DNA of 64,000 nt from an uncultured Clostridium sp. (GCA_902491155.1 CABUGH010000003.1:691-64690); one strand, 5' to 3'; positions 9,676-19,930 are shown, numbered from the stretch's first letter. Notes: a model not told the origin generated them from the sequence alone. Made by a program: numbers and translations.

Positions 9676-11037
9676 TTAATTTTTTCTCTTCTTTTCTTTT
9701 ATCTTCTGCTTTTCTTTATCATCTAGTTCTTTTAATTGCTCCTTCATCTTTGGCACATTATCATAAATTTCATCGCACAACTTAATCTCTTTTCTAACCT
9801 TTGTTAAAACAGAAGTAACATCAATTATTTCTTTAGTAACCCTATCTTTCTCAATTCCACTATCTAACTTTTGTCTCTTATAATACAGTCTATTCCTAAT
9901 ATTCAAAATTTTCTGCAATTCTTCCTGTTTCTGTTCTTTAATATTATCAACATCGCTCATAGTCTCAATCTTATACTTACATAAAAATCTAATTCTTTCC
10001 GAATACTCATCCATCTTTTTTACTTCTGCCCTCATTTCAGGTGTCAATTTATATTGTACATTCTTTTTGGTATATAACTTTAGCAAATATTTATAATAGT
10101 AATACAATACAACAATCCCTTTTGGTCTATATTTCTTCCTTACTTTATTTCTAGTTGTAAAATGTCTGTTTTTTACTACCATATAAGGAAGTATTTTTTC
10201 TGATTTTATATAATCATTTTCAAAAATTCTTCTTTTGATATTTTCCAATGAGTACTCTTCTCCGAATGCTCTTTCAACTCTTATATTTCTTTTGTATGGT
10301 TCTCTTCTCACACTTAATTTGTCTGCTCTATAACAATAATTATATCCCATTGATACTAGCATCTGTTGAAATTGTTTTAAAGTATATGATCGTTTTATAG
10401 CATAATCTATATCTTCTTTTGCAAATTTATAATAATCGGAATCTCTCATAGATTTCTTATAAAAATTTTCAAAATTGATTCCTAATTTACAAGTCTTTTC
10501 TGTTAAAACACTTAAGCCATATTCCTCACATATTTTATCTGATGTTTTTCTTAGTAATGCTGTATTCGTTAAATTGCTATAATACTTTTTTCCATCTTTA
10601 AATGAAACCGAATTAATTACAAAATGATTATGGAGATGTTCTGTATTTAAGTGTGTAGATACAACAACTTGAAACCTGTCTTCCCACATTTTATTTGCAA
10701 GTTTCACTCCAATTTCATGTGCTATTTCTGGAGTAACTTCTCCTTCATTAAAATATTGATAAGCATGAAATGCTAATATACCATTTTCTTTCCCATATAT
10801 CATTTTTACAAGTTGCATTTGTTTAACTGAATCTTTTACTTCACAATTTATACCTGTTGTATAAAATTGTTTTTCTATTTTATCTGGATTAGTTGCATAT
10901 GTCATTACTTGTCTGATACTATCAAATTTATCCATTCCATATCCATTATAATTTTTTCTTGTCTTTTCTTCATTTGTTGCATAAACAATTACATGATCTA
11001 ATCTCTTTTGTACTTTGCATATTTTTGTTGTTGCCAT
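9676..11037 (-). CDS. Relaxase/mobilisation nuclease (MobA/VirD2 family)
   Basis: 453 aa with the histidine triad HLNTEHLHNHFVINSVS. The C-terminus is coiled-coil and Lys-rich. Confidence 0.8.
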   Translation of the reverse strand: MATTKICKVQKRLDHVIVYATNEEKTRKNYNGYGMDKFDSIRQVMTYATNPDKIEKQFYTTGINCEVKDSVKQMQLVKMIYGKENGILAFHAYQYFNEGEVTPEIAHEIGVKLANKMWEDRFQVVVSTHLNTEHLHNHFVINSVSFKDGKKYYSNLTNTALLRKTSDKICEEYGLSVLTEKTCKLGINFENFYKKSMRDSDYYKFAKEDIDYAIKRSYTLKQFQQMLVSMGYNYCYRADKLSVRREPYKRNIRVERAFGEEYSLENIKRRIFENDYIKSEKILPYMVVKNRHFTTRNKVRKKYRPKGIVVLYYYYKYLLKLYTKKNVQYKLTPEMRAEVKKMDEYSERIRFLCKYKIETMSDVDNIKEQKQEELQKILNIRNRLYYKRQKLDSGIEKDRVTKEIIDVTSVLTKVRKEIKLCDEIYDNVPKMKEQLKELDDKEKQKIKEKKRKN

Positions 11038-11291
11038 TCACTCTCTCCTCCCATCTTAAAATGGGATTGGGGAATTTCCCCATTTAGAATTTCGAGCTGA
11101 CGAAATTCATTGCTTGTTAGGACAATACTGCACTCTTTTTTAGTACTAAAGCCATTACTTTTTCTATCAAATGCACATAATATTTTGAAAAAGTACTTGG
11201 ACTTTTATTTTAAAATCCAAGTACTTTTTTCTTATAAATGGTAAAATTAAGTGACGCACTTTGAAATAAAAATAGACACATAAGATTACAA

Positions 11292-11648
11292 ATGATACAA
11301 TGTGATTGTCAAGAAAACATTGAAAGGATTTGTAAAAATATGTGTCAAAAAGATTATAACAAAAAAATAGAAAAAAAGAAATACCAACATTTAAATTATG
11401 CTGAAAAAACACAAATAGAAAGATGGTATAACATAGAAAAGAAGGCATGTTCAGAGATAGCAAAATTATTAAATAAAAGTGTGAGAACAATACAAAGAGA
11501 AATAAAAAGAGGAATGGTAGAAAATCTAACAACACAGTTAGAAATAAAATATGTATATAGTGCAGATGTATCAGAGAAAAAATATAGATATAACATGACA
11601 GCGAAAGAACCAAATTTGAAATATAAATTAGTAGAATATATAGAATAA
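11292..11648 (+). pseudogene. IS30-family transposase, N-terminal HTH fragment only
   Basis: 118 aa. HLNYAEKTQIERWYNIEKKACSEIAKLLNKSVRTIQREIKRG matches the IS30 HTH region. No catalytic DDE part follows. Confidence 0.55.
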
Positions 11649-11900
11649 CTAACCTAAAAAATCATCAAAGATTAGAAAAAACTAAAGAAAAATACATCTA
11701 TATATAAGAAATTAAATATGAAATTACGATTTAAAAAAGTGCAGTTGTTAGATTTGAGCTTATCGGTTCAGGTTACCCTATTTATAAGGTAGGAAAAGTT
11801 CAAGAAGTTTTCGAAGATGAAGTTGTACTTATCGAACAGATAAGTGTAGAAAAACAATCAACTAACAATAATGAATTCGATTACATGAATTCCCGTTACG

Positions 11901-13442
11901 GAGAATATAGAGTTTACCGTGTAAACTAGGATTGACTATGATTATTAGATACTGTAATTAATTTTATGGTATCTATTATTTTATATTTTTAATATACATC
12001 ATTTTTGTTATAATGTAAATATTAATATTAATTTTTATGCGTTCACTTAATAAACCTTATTAAAAAGGTTTTATTAAGTGAACATAATGTCTATTATTTT
12101 TTAAACATTTATTGTATTTGAAATTCTATCTCCATAATGAATTCTTAATTCTTGAAGAATAACACCCCAATTTTGATATTTTGCTGTCCATTTTTCTGTA
12201 ATTATTTCTGTTGCTAAAAACAAACTTTTTTCTAAAGACTGTTCACTTGGAAATATTCTACGTCCTTTATTTATCCTTTTATAGCTATTATTAAGACTTT
12301 CAATGGCATTAGTTGTATACATTATTTTTCTTAATTCTGGTCCAAATTTGAAAAATGGAACTATTGCATCCCAATTGTTATTCCAATTATCTAGTGAAAC
12401 TTTTCTTTTACTCCATTTTTCTTGTAATTCTAGTAAATTCGTATATGCTGAATCCGCATCAGCTGCTGTATATATTAATTTTAAATCCTTACACAATTCT
12501 CTTCTATCTTTATATGATACAAATACCACAGTATTTCTTATCATATGAACTATACATCTTTGAAATTCTACCATAGGATAAATTGCTGCTATTGCTTCTT
12601 TCAAACCAGATAATCCATCAGCACATAATACTAAAATATCTTTTACTCCTCGATTTTTTAGATTATTTAATATTCCAGCCCATTGTTTAGCACTTTCTAC
12701 TTCACTAATATAAAATCCTAAAACTTCTTTTTCGCCTGAAAGATTTATCCCTAAAATTATATAAACTGCTCTTTTTACAATTCTTTGTTCAACTTTGACA
12801 TTAAAATATGTTGCATCTATAAAAATAATTGGATATACACTTTCTAATGGTCTATTTTGCCACTCTTTGATTTTGGGAATAACCTTATTTGTTATTGATG
12901 TTACCATATCTGGACTAATATGTACACCATATAATTCTTTCATCTGTTCATATATTTCTTTATTAGATGTTCCTCTAGCATACATTCTAATTTTCTTTTG
13001 CTCAATATCTGAAATATCATTTGATCCTTTTTCAACTATCATTGGTTCAAATTCACCATTTCTATCTCTTGGAACATCAATTTTAAAATCTCCTGCACTG
13101 GAATGTATTGTTTTTGAGCCATATCCGTTTCTATAATTTGTTTTTGCATCATCAGTATACTCGTACTTATTATATCCTAATTGAGTGGTCATTTCTGCTT
13201 CTAACATTTCCTGAAGTGTATCTTTAAACATATCCTTTAAAGCTTCTTGGATATCTTGTGCAGTATTAATATTATTCTGTGCAATAAACTCCTGTAAAAA
13301 TTTTCTTCTTTCTTCTGATATTTTTTGATGTTTAGCCATTTTTTGCTCCTTTCTTACAATAGAAAAATTGACTATGATTTTTTCTATTGTATCATAGTCA
13401 ATTTTTATTTTCTAGAGTTTACACAGTTATTTCGATATACTC
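11901..13442 (-). mobile_element. IS256-family insertion sequence
   Basis: The terminal imperfect inverted repeats are gagaatatagagtttaccgtgtaaactagg...attgactatga (left) and tcatagtcaat...tctagagtttacacagttatttcgatatactc (right). The flanks are near-identical (cccgttacg / cccgtttacg), consistent with a target duplication. Confidence 0.75.
12101..13339 (-). CDS. IS256-family (mutator-type) transposase
   Basis: 412 aa. The N-terminus IQEALKDMFKDTLQEMLEAEMTTQLGY and the overall layout are typical of IS256 transposases. Confidence 0.9.
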   Translation of the reverse strand: MAKHQKISEERRKFLQEFIAQNNINTAQDIQEALKDMFKDTLQEMLEAEMTTQLGYNKYEYTDDAKTNYRNGYGSKTIHSSAGDFKIDVPRDRNGEFEPMIVEKGSNDISDIEQKKIRMYARGTSNKEIYEQMKELYGVHISPDMVTSITNKVIPKIKEWQNRPLESVYPIIFIDATYFNVKVEQRIVKRAVYIILGINLSGEKEVLGFYISEVESAKQWAGILNNLKNRGVKDILVLCADGLSGLKEAIAAIYPMVEFQRCIVHMIRNTVVFVSYKDRRELCKDLKLIYTAADADSAYTNLLELQEKWSKRKVSLDNWNNNWDAIVPFFKFGPELRKIMYTTNAIESLNNSYKRINKGRRIFPSEQSLEKSLFLATEIITEKWTAKYQNWGVILQELRIHYGDRISNTINV

Positions 13443-13775
13443 CCCGTTTACGATTTAACCAAAACTCGTGATGGTAAAACAATGCATATAAATCGAGCAT
13501 TAATTGCCAGTTGGGAATATGCTAATAGAAACACCGCTTCAATGAGCATCTTAATTGACAATACAGGCAACAATGCAACATTTACGTATTATGACAAAGA
13601 TGGATATTGCTACGGAGATGGAACTGATTTTAGCAAAATTCCAGACAATCCTTCAAACTACATTCTTGTACCTTCATCCTCTGATGACAATTCAGAGGGA
13701 TTAGATTTATAACGTATTTTCAAAGGAAAGAGCCAATTTATTTTTAAAGCAAATTGGCTCTTCCTTTTTTATATT

Positions 13776-14744
13776 TTATTTTACTTCTACTTTTTCCTCT
13801 ACACCTGTTGCAATAATTGTAACACTAACATCACCATGCATCTGTTCATCTATTACTGTACCAAAAATAACATTTGCATCTTCACTTATTTGATCATTAA
13901 TAATTGCTATTGCACTATTTATTTCCAACAAGCTTAAATTATGATCACCTTTTACATTAAATATTACACCTTTTGCACCATTTATTTTACTCTCTGTCAA
14001 TGGATTTTCAATTGCCTGTCTTACAGCTTCTTCAACTTTCTTTTCTCCAGAAGCTCTACCAACTCCCATATATGCTTTTCCCCTATATCTTACAGTTGTT
14101 GCAATATCTGCAAAATCTATATTTACTTCACCTATAGTTGTTAATAAATCTGTTATACCAGATATTGCTTGCTCTAACACTCCATCAGCTAATGAAAAAG
14201 CTGAATTTAAAGTTATTTTTGAATCTGTTGTTTTCAATAATTTGTCATTTAATATTACAATTAAATCATCAACATTATCTTTCAATTTTTGTGTTCCATA
14301 ATCTGCCCTTAATTTTCTAGCTTTTCCCTCAAACATAAATGGCTTTGTTACAACACCTATTGTTAATATTCCCATTTCTTTTGCTATTTCAGCTACAACT
14401 GGAGCTGCTCCTGTTCCTGTACCTCCACCCATTCCAGCAACTATAAACACCATATCTGCTCCTCGCACAATATTTTTTATTTCTTCTTTATTCTCATTTG
14501 CTGCTCTTTCTCCTACATTTTCATTAGCTCCTGCCCCTAAGCCTTTTGTAGTTTCTATCCCTATTTGCAATATATTTTTTGTTTTTGCTCTTTTTAGAGT
14601 TCCAGTCTCTGTATTCATAAGATAATAAGTAACCCCTTTTACATTATCTTCTATCATTCTGTTTACAGCATTATTTCCAGCTCCTCCTACTCCTATTACT
14701 TTTATCTTTGGTGTGTTTGATATTTCTTGTGGTTCACTATACAT
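13776..14744 (-). CDS. ftsZ: FtsZ-family tubulin-like GTPase, short form without a C-terminal tail
   Basis: It has GVGGAGNNAVNRM and the tubulin signature GMGGGTGTGAAPVVA. The start is set at the ATG 7 nt after AGGAGG. The protein ends 8 residues after the IIATG core. Confidence 0.85.
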   Translation of the reverse strand: MYSEPQEISNTPKIKVIGVGGAGNNAVNRMIEDNVKGVTYYLMNTETGTLKRAKTKNILQIGIETTKGLGAGANENVGERAANENKEEIKNIVRGADMVFIVAGMGGGTGTGAAPVVAEIAKEMGILTIGVVTKPFMFEGKARKLRADYGTQKLKDNVDDLIVILNDKLLKTTDSKITLNSAFSLADGVLEQAISGITDLLTTIGEVNIDFADIATTVRYRGKAYMGVGRASGEKKVEEAVRQAIENPLTESKINGAKGVIFNVKGDHNLSLLEINSAIAIINDQISEDANVIFGTVIDEQMHGDVSVTIIATGVEEKVEVK

Positions 14745-14948
14745 TTTCTTCCTCCTCATAAGCTTCATTCTTCATCTAAAATTACATCTGTATTTCTTAT
14801 TTATTGATGTATCTATTTTTATCACATTTCTTCTTTTTATTCAATAGCTTATAACCATAATTTTAAAAAATATTACCATTTTACTTGAATTTATTTTTAT
14901 TTTAGTATAGTATATAAGTAGAAAAATAAATACATAGGAGGATTAATC

Positions 14949-15914
14949 ATGCCAAGAAAAACTAAAGAACAGAAAGAATTAGAAAATAAAAAAATAACAT
15001 CCACAAAACAAAATAAAGAAGCAAAAAGTAATTCAAAAATATCTGCAAATAAAAAAAATTTGGAACCAAAAAACAAAAAATCAACTTCAAAAAACACAGC
15101 ATCTGCAAAATCAACAACAAAAAAAGTTGTAAAAACCACCAAAAGAACTACTTCCACATCAAAAAGTAGTCAAACAAAAGCAAAAAAAGCAACATCACCA
15201 AAAAGGTCAACAACCAAAAGCCCTAAAATTGCAGTAGTTGAATATTACGATTTGCCTTATAGATATAATCAAACTATAGTAAAAGTTCTTGCACAAACTC
15301 CAAATACTTTATTTGTTTATTGGGATATTGCAGATTCAGACAGAGAAAACTTTAAAAAGCAATATGGTTATGACTTTTTTGATAAAACATACCCTATTCT
15401 TATCGTTCACAATAGAACAATGAATTATTCTTTTGAAGTTGATATTAATGACTTTGCAAATTCTTGGTATCTACATGTAAATGATGCAAATTGCGATTAT
15501 GAAATTGAACTTGGCAGAAAACCAATTTATAATTATGTATCACATCAAGTTGGAAAATTAGAGCAAAAAGATAAAAACTCAGAATTTAATAAATATCCTT
15601 CTAAGCCTATAGATAAAGATTATTTTTATGTTACTATGTCAAATCCTATAGATGCTCCAAATGATCATATTTTATTAGAAGATTCTAACAAACCTATTGG
15701 AAATATCTTAATTAGAAATGTAAAATCAAATAACGAATATCGTAAAAATATTAATGACTTACCAATTTCAAAACACCTAAATAAAATATACAACATACAA
15801 AATATTTATAAAGCTTTATTTGAAGAAAAAATTATAAAAGAATTTTATAATTTATCAAATCCTTCTTCAGGGGGTAACCATTCTTCTGGAAGTTTTTCTT
15901 CAAGATTTAAATAA
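14949..15914 (+). CDS. DUF4912-type protein with a Lys/Ser/Thr-rich N-terminal tail
   Basis: 321 aa. YDLPYRYNQTIVKVLAQTPNTLFVYWDI matches the DUF4912 start as I recall it. It sits directly upstream of a GH57 gene, as is usual for this family. Confidence 0.55.
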   Translation: MPRKTKEQKELENKKITSTKQNKEAKSNSKISANKKNLEPKNKKSTSKNTASAKSTTKKVVKTTKRTTSTSKSSQTKAKKATSPKRSTTKSPKIAVVEYYDLPYRYNQTIVKVLAQTPNTLFVYWDIADSDRENFKKQYGYDFFDKTYPILIVHNRTMNYSFEVDINDFANSWYLHVNDANCDYEIELGRKPIYNYVSHQVGKLEQKDKNSEFNKYPSKPIDKDYFYVTMSNPIDAPNDHILLEDSNKPIGNILIRNVKSNNEYRKNINDLPISKHLNKIYNIQNIYKALFEEKIIKEFYNLSNPSSGGNHSSGSFSSRFK

Positions 15915-15977
15915 AATTAAATTTAGAATTTGATATACAAAAAATAGATCTATATCTATGAAAGGAATGTGATAAAA

Positions 15978-17564
15978 ATGCAAGAAAAAAAAGGATATGT
16001 AAGTTTTGTATTACATGCACATCTTCCATTTATTCACCACCCAGAAAGTGACGATTATTTGGAAGAATCATGGTTATATGAAGCAATCTCAGAAACATAT
16101 ATACCACTTCTCACTTATTTTAAAAAATTAGTAGATGAAGGCGTCAATTTTCGTATTACAATGTCAATGACGCCTCCATTGCTTTCTATGCTAGACAATA
16201 AATTACTACAAAAAAAATATATACACTACTTAGAACAATTAATTGAACTATCAGAAAAAGAAATAAAAAGAACTTCTTATGATAAACGTTTAAACAGGCT
16301 TTCACACTATTATTATGATAGATATTCAAACGATTTACACTTATTTAAAGATGTTTTCAAATGCAATTTAATAGAACAATTCAAACATTTCCAAGATATT
16401 GGAGTTTTAGAAATAATAACATGTGGCGCAACACATGGGTATTTCCCTATCTTATATGTTAACGAAAAAACAGTAAAAGCACAAATTGCAGTTGGTGTAC
16501 AAACATACGAAAAATATTTTGGTAAAAAACCTCGCGGTATTTGGCTTCCTGAATGCGGATATATACCAGAAGCTGATAAATATCTCCGTGAATTTGGTAT
16601 TGAATACGCCATTACTGAAACACATGGCATTTTATATGCTAATCCAACACCTATATATGGAACTCTAGCACCAATTGTCTCTCCTGATGGACTTGTAGCA
16701 TTTGGGCGTGATTTAGAATCTTCTCGACAAGTTTGGAGCTCTATAAATGGATATCCAGGAGATTATAATTACAGGGAATTTTATAGAGATATTGGTTACG
16801 AAGCAGATTATGATTATATAAAACCATATATAGCACACAATGGTGTACGTGTTCATACAGGAATAAAATATTATCGTATAACAGGAAAAACAGATCAAAA
16901 AGACTATTATGATATTCAATGGGCTCACGATTCTGCTGAAAGACAAGCAGGACATTTCTTAGACTCTCGTGTAAAACAAATAAATAACGCTACTCAATAT
17001 ATGGACAAACCACCTATTATACTTTGTCCATATGATGCAGAACTTTATGGTCACTGGTGGTATGAAGGCCCTTATTGGTTATACATCTTATTTAAAAAAA
17101 TTTATTACGATGACTGCAATTTTGAATTAATAACACCTTCCGAATATATTGATAAATATCCAGAAATTCAAGTTGCAACTCCTTGTCGCTCTAGTTGGGG
17201 AGCAAATGGATATAGTGAAGTATGGCTTAATCCTACAAATGATTATGTTCATCGCCATTTACATGTAGCTGGCGACAGAATGTGTGAACTTGCTTCTCTT
17301 TATCCAAATGCAAAAGGCTTAAAGAAAAAAGCACTTAATCAATGTGCCAGAGAGTTATTGTTAGCTCAAAGTAGTGATTGGCTATTTATTATCACTAATG
17401 GTACCATGGTTGACTATGCAAAAAAGCGCATTAAAGACCATATTGGTCGTTTTACAAAATTATATTATCAAATTAAAAACAATGAAATTGATGCAGATTT
17501 TTTATCTGACATTCAAAAAAAAGATTGCTTATTTCCAGATATTGATTATAATATTTATGGATAA
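15978..17564 (+). CDS. Glycoside hydrolase family 57 1,4-alpha-glucan branching enzyme
   Basis: GYVSFVLHAHLPFIHHPE at the N-terminus, plus CPYDAELYGHWWYEG. The length is about 528 aa. Confidence 0.8.
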   Translation: MQEKKGYVSFVLHAHLPFIHHPESDDYLEESWLYEAISETYIPLLTYFKKLVDEGVNFRITMSMTPPLLSMLDNKLLQKKYIHYLEQLIELSEKEIKRTSYDKRLNRLSHYYYDRYSNDLHLFKDVFKCNLIEQFKHFQDIGVLEIITCGATHGYFPILYVNEKTVKAQIAVGVQTYEKYFGKKPRGIWLPECGYIPEADKYLREFGIEYAITETHGILYANPTPIYGTLAPIVSPDGLVAFGRDLESSRQVWSSINGYPGDYNYREFYRDIGYEADYDYIKPYIAHNGVRVHTGIKYYRITGKTDQKDYYDIQWAHDSAERQAGHFLDSRVKQINNATQYMDKPPIILCPYDAELYGHWWYEGPYWLYILFKKIYYDDCNFELITPSEYIDKYPEIQVATPCRSSWGANGYSEVWLNPTNDYVHRHLHVAGDRMCELASLYPNAKGLKKKALNQCARELLLAQSSDWLFIITNGTMVDYAKKRIKDHIGRFTKLYYQIKNNEIDADFLSDIQKKDCLFPDIDYNIYG

Positions 17565-17566
17565 TA

Positions 17567-17621
17567 TTTTCAGGGCTGAAGTCAAAAAGTATTAATATTT
17601 TTTTGACTTCAGCCCTGAAAA
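17567..17621. terminator. Rho-independent terminator
   Basis: The arms ttttcagggctgaagtcaaaaa and tttttgacttcagccctgaaaa are a perfect 22-nt pair with a T run. Confidence 0.8.
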
Positions 17622-17709
17622 CATTATCACTTTTTTTATCATTTTTCATATTATAATGTATAAGTTCACACGTTTAGTAGATACTAGTTATGAAAGGAGA
17701 CTATCTGGT

Positions 17710-18588
17710 ATGAAAACAATATGTATTAAAACAAATAATACAGCAACCTTATCATATTTACTAAACGAATTACGCTTATCCAACCTTAAACAAACCTGTT
17801 TTACACAAAAACAATTTAAGCACTACAAAAACATAACAATACATTATTCAGGGCAAAACGAAGATTCATTTATACATTCCATAGCAGACATTCTTTCCTA
17901 TTTACTTATTGATGAACTAGAAGAATCCTTTTTAGCTAATATAATTCATCAAAATTATTTTTATTTTGATACAAATGAAAGAAACAAAATTCTTAGTTAT
18001 TGCTTTGACTTATTTTCCGAAGATTTTTCAAATTACTTTGACAAAAAGTTCTCTTATCTACATTCTCAATTCTATTCATATTTAAAAGAAAACAAATCAA
18101 TAATACTACAAGGTTTTATAAATTTTAGAATACAAGAATACTTTAAAATCTTAGACGAAGTAGTATCTGAAGCAGTCAACAGCTTTATTATAGAAAAAGA
18201 ATATTTGGAATTCATTTCATTATTAAAATTATATATTAATTCTCAAAATCCAAAATCAAATATTGTTCATTTAATATATAAAAAAAACAATCCGATTTTA
18301 CTTGATGAAAACAAAAATATTATACCACTAAATGATTCTATTTCTGATGTAAAATATTTGTCAGATATAAGTTTTTCTAAAAACGATCTTGTTTTAAATA
18401 CTTTATTATCAATTCTGCCCAAAAAAATCTATTTACATCTAATCAATAATAATATAGATGAATTTGCTAATACTCTAATATTAATTTTTGATAAAAAAAT
18501 TGAAATTTGTACTGATTGCAATCTATGTAATATATACAATATAAAAACTAAAAAAATAAAAGATAAAAGTAGAAATAAAAATGTCTAA
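17710..18588 (+). CDS. ytxC: YtxC-like putative sporulation protein
   Basis: The start is placed 9 nt after AAAGGAG. The motifs GFINFRIQEY and EKEYLEFISLLKLYI resemble the YtxC family. Confidence 0.45.
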   Translation: MKTICIKTNNTATLSYLLNELRLSNLKQTCFTQKQFKHYKNITIHYSGQNEDSFIHSIADILSYLLIDELEESFLANIIHQNYFYFDTNERNKILSYCFDLFSEDFSNYFDKKFSYLHSQFYSYLKENKSIILQGFINFRIQEYFKILDEVVSEAVNSFIIEKEYLEFISLLKLYINSQNPKSNIVHLIYKKNNPILLDENKNIIPLNDSISDVKYLSDISFSKNDLVLNTLLSILPKKIYLHLINNNIDEFANTLILIFDKKIEICTDCNLCNIYNIKTKKIKDKSRNKNV

Positions 18589-18628
18589 ACACATAAACAT
18601 TTTTATTCCTATTTTTTAATCTTTTAAC

Positions 18629-19930
18629 CTATTCTGCTATTATATAATGTTCTTTTGCATCAACGATTCTAACTTTTCCTATTGTATTTTCAATATTTTT
18701 ATCTAAATCCATGTGTTTTTCAACTAAAACATAATTTTTTGTATGTCCCTTATATACACCATTTTTTTCCTCTTCCCATAAAACTTCTACTTGTTTTCCT
18801 ATATATTTTTTATTGTATTCACACTCGTTTTTATCAGATAAATTGATTAATTTTTTACTTCTTTCTTCTTTTACTTCTGGTGATATTTGATCAGGCATTT
18901 GGGCTGCTTTAGTTCCTTTTCTTTGAGAATATTTAAATATATGCATTTTATAAAATTTTATTTGCTCCAAAAATTCATAAGTTTTGTTGAAGTCTTCTTG
19001 TGTTTCTCCAGGAAAACCAACAATTATATCTGTTGTTAAATTTACATCAGGATACGTTTTTCTTAAACAATGTACAATTTCAATAAATTGTTCTATTGTA
19101 TATCTTCTATTCATTCTTTTTAAAGTCTCATCACATCCACTTTGTAAAGATAAATGAAATTGTTCACATATTTTTTCTAATTTTGAAAGCCTTTGTACAA
19201 AGTCATCTGTTATAAGTAATGGTTCTATTGACCCTAATCTTATTCTTTGTATTCCATCTATTTTGTTAATTTCTTCAAGTAAATCTATAAGTCCATATTT
19301 ATTCTTAAAATCTTTCCCATATGATGCAATATGTATTCCTGTTATTACAACTTCTTTTATTCCTTGGTCTGCTATTTTTTTTATTTCTTTTAAAATATGT
19401 TCGGGTTCTCTACTTCTTACTCTTCCTCTTGCATATGGTATAATACAATATGAACAAAATCTATCACATCCGTCTTGAACTTTTATTACAGCTCTAGTCT
19501 TTTCTGTATAACTAGTTTCACCAAATTCTGCAAATTTTTTAGTATGTAATACATCTGTTAAAAACTCTTCTGATTCTGGCATTTTTTCTTTTAAAATTTT
19601 ATTACAATATTCTACAATATTTACCTTTTCTTCATTTCCTAAAGCTAAATCAATTTCTTCTATATTTTCTATTTCTTTTTTTGCAACTTGCACATAACAT
19701 CCAACTGCTATAACAACTGCATTTGGATTATTTTCTTTTGCTCTTCTAATCATCTGTCTTGATTTTCTATCAGACATATTTGTTACAGTGCATGTGTTTA
19801 TTATGTATATATCAGCTTTTTGGTTGTGGTCTACTATTTCGTATCCATTTTCCATCAATTTTTGAGCCATTGCATTTGTTTCATATTGATTTACTTTACA
19901 ACCTAATGTTATAAATGCTACTTTTTTCAC
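18629..19930 (-). CDS. mtaB: tRNA t6A37 methylthiotransferase MtaB (radical SAM MiaB family)
   Basis: The N-terminus is MKKVAFITLGCKVNQYETNAM. The radical SAM cluster is CDRFCSYC, and a C-terminal TRAM-like part is present. Confidence 0.8.
   Translation of the reverse strand: MKKVAFITLGCKVNQYETNAMAQKLMENGYEIVDHNQKADIYIINTCTVTNMSDRKSRQMIRRAKENNPNAVVIAVGCYVQVAKKEIENIEEIDLALGNEEKVNIVEYCNKILKEKMPESEEFLTDVLHTKKFAEFGETSYTEKTRAVIKVQDGCDRFCSYCIIPYARGRVRSREPEHILKEIKKIADQGIKEVVITGIHIASYGKDFKNKYGLIDLLEEINKIDGIQRIRLGSIEPLLITDDFVQRLSKLEKICEQFHLSLQSGCDETLKRMNRRYTIEQFIEIVHCLRKTYPDVNLTTDIIVGFPGETQEDFNKTYEFLEQIKFYKMHIFKYSQRKGTKAAQMPDQISPEVKEERSKKLINLSDKNECEYNKKYIGKQVEVLWEEEKNGVYKGHTKNYVLVEKHMDLDKNIENTIGKVRIVDAKEHYIIAE

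Larger units (their letters stand above)
11735..13712 (+). pseudogene. Hypothetical gene interrupted by the IS256-family element; it also lacks a start codon
   Basis: The left piece reads ...GYPIYKVGKVQEVFEDEVVLIEQISVEKQSTNNNEFDYMNSRY up to about 11900. The reading resumes right after the IS as VYDLTKTRDGKTMHINRALIASWEYANRN... and stops at 13712. Confidence 0.5.

Noticed and set aside
11167-11613. 148-aa minus-strand ORF overlapping the IS30 fragment
   Set aside because: It is an extremely Leu/Phe-rich low-complexity translation, antisense to a recognisable HTH-coding frame. It is not a plausible MobC.
1-13740. A hidden HsdR (helicase-type restriction subunit) for the RM locus
   Set aside because: No ORF in the island, or anywhere in the window, has DEAD/helicase motifs apart from priA and the AAA proteins. 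The KAP NTPase has a P-loop only.
14897-15157. 86-aa minus-strand ORF upstream of the DUF4912 gene
   Set aside because: It is the antisense image of the Lys-rich coding repeats (poly-Phe/Leu) and has no independent support.
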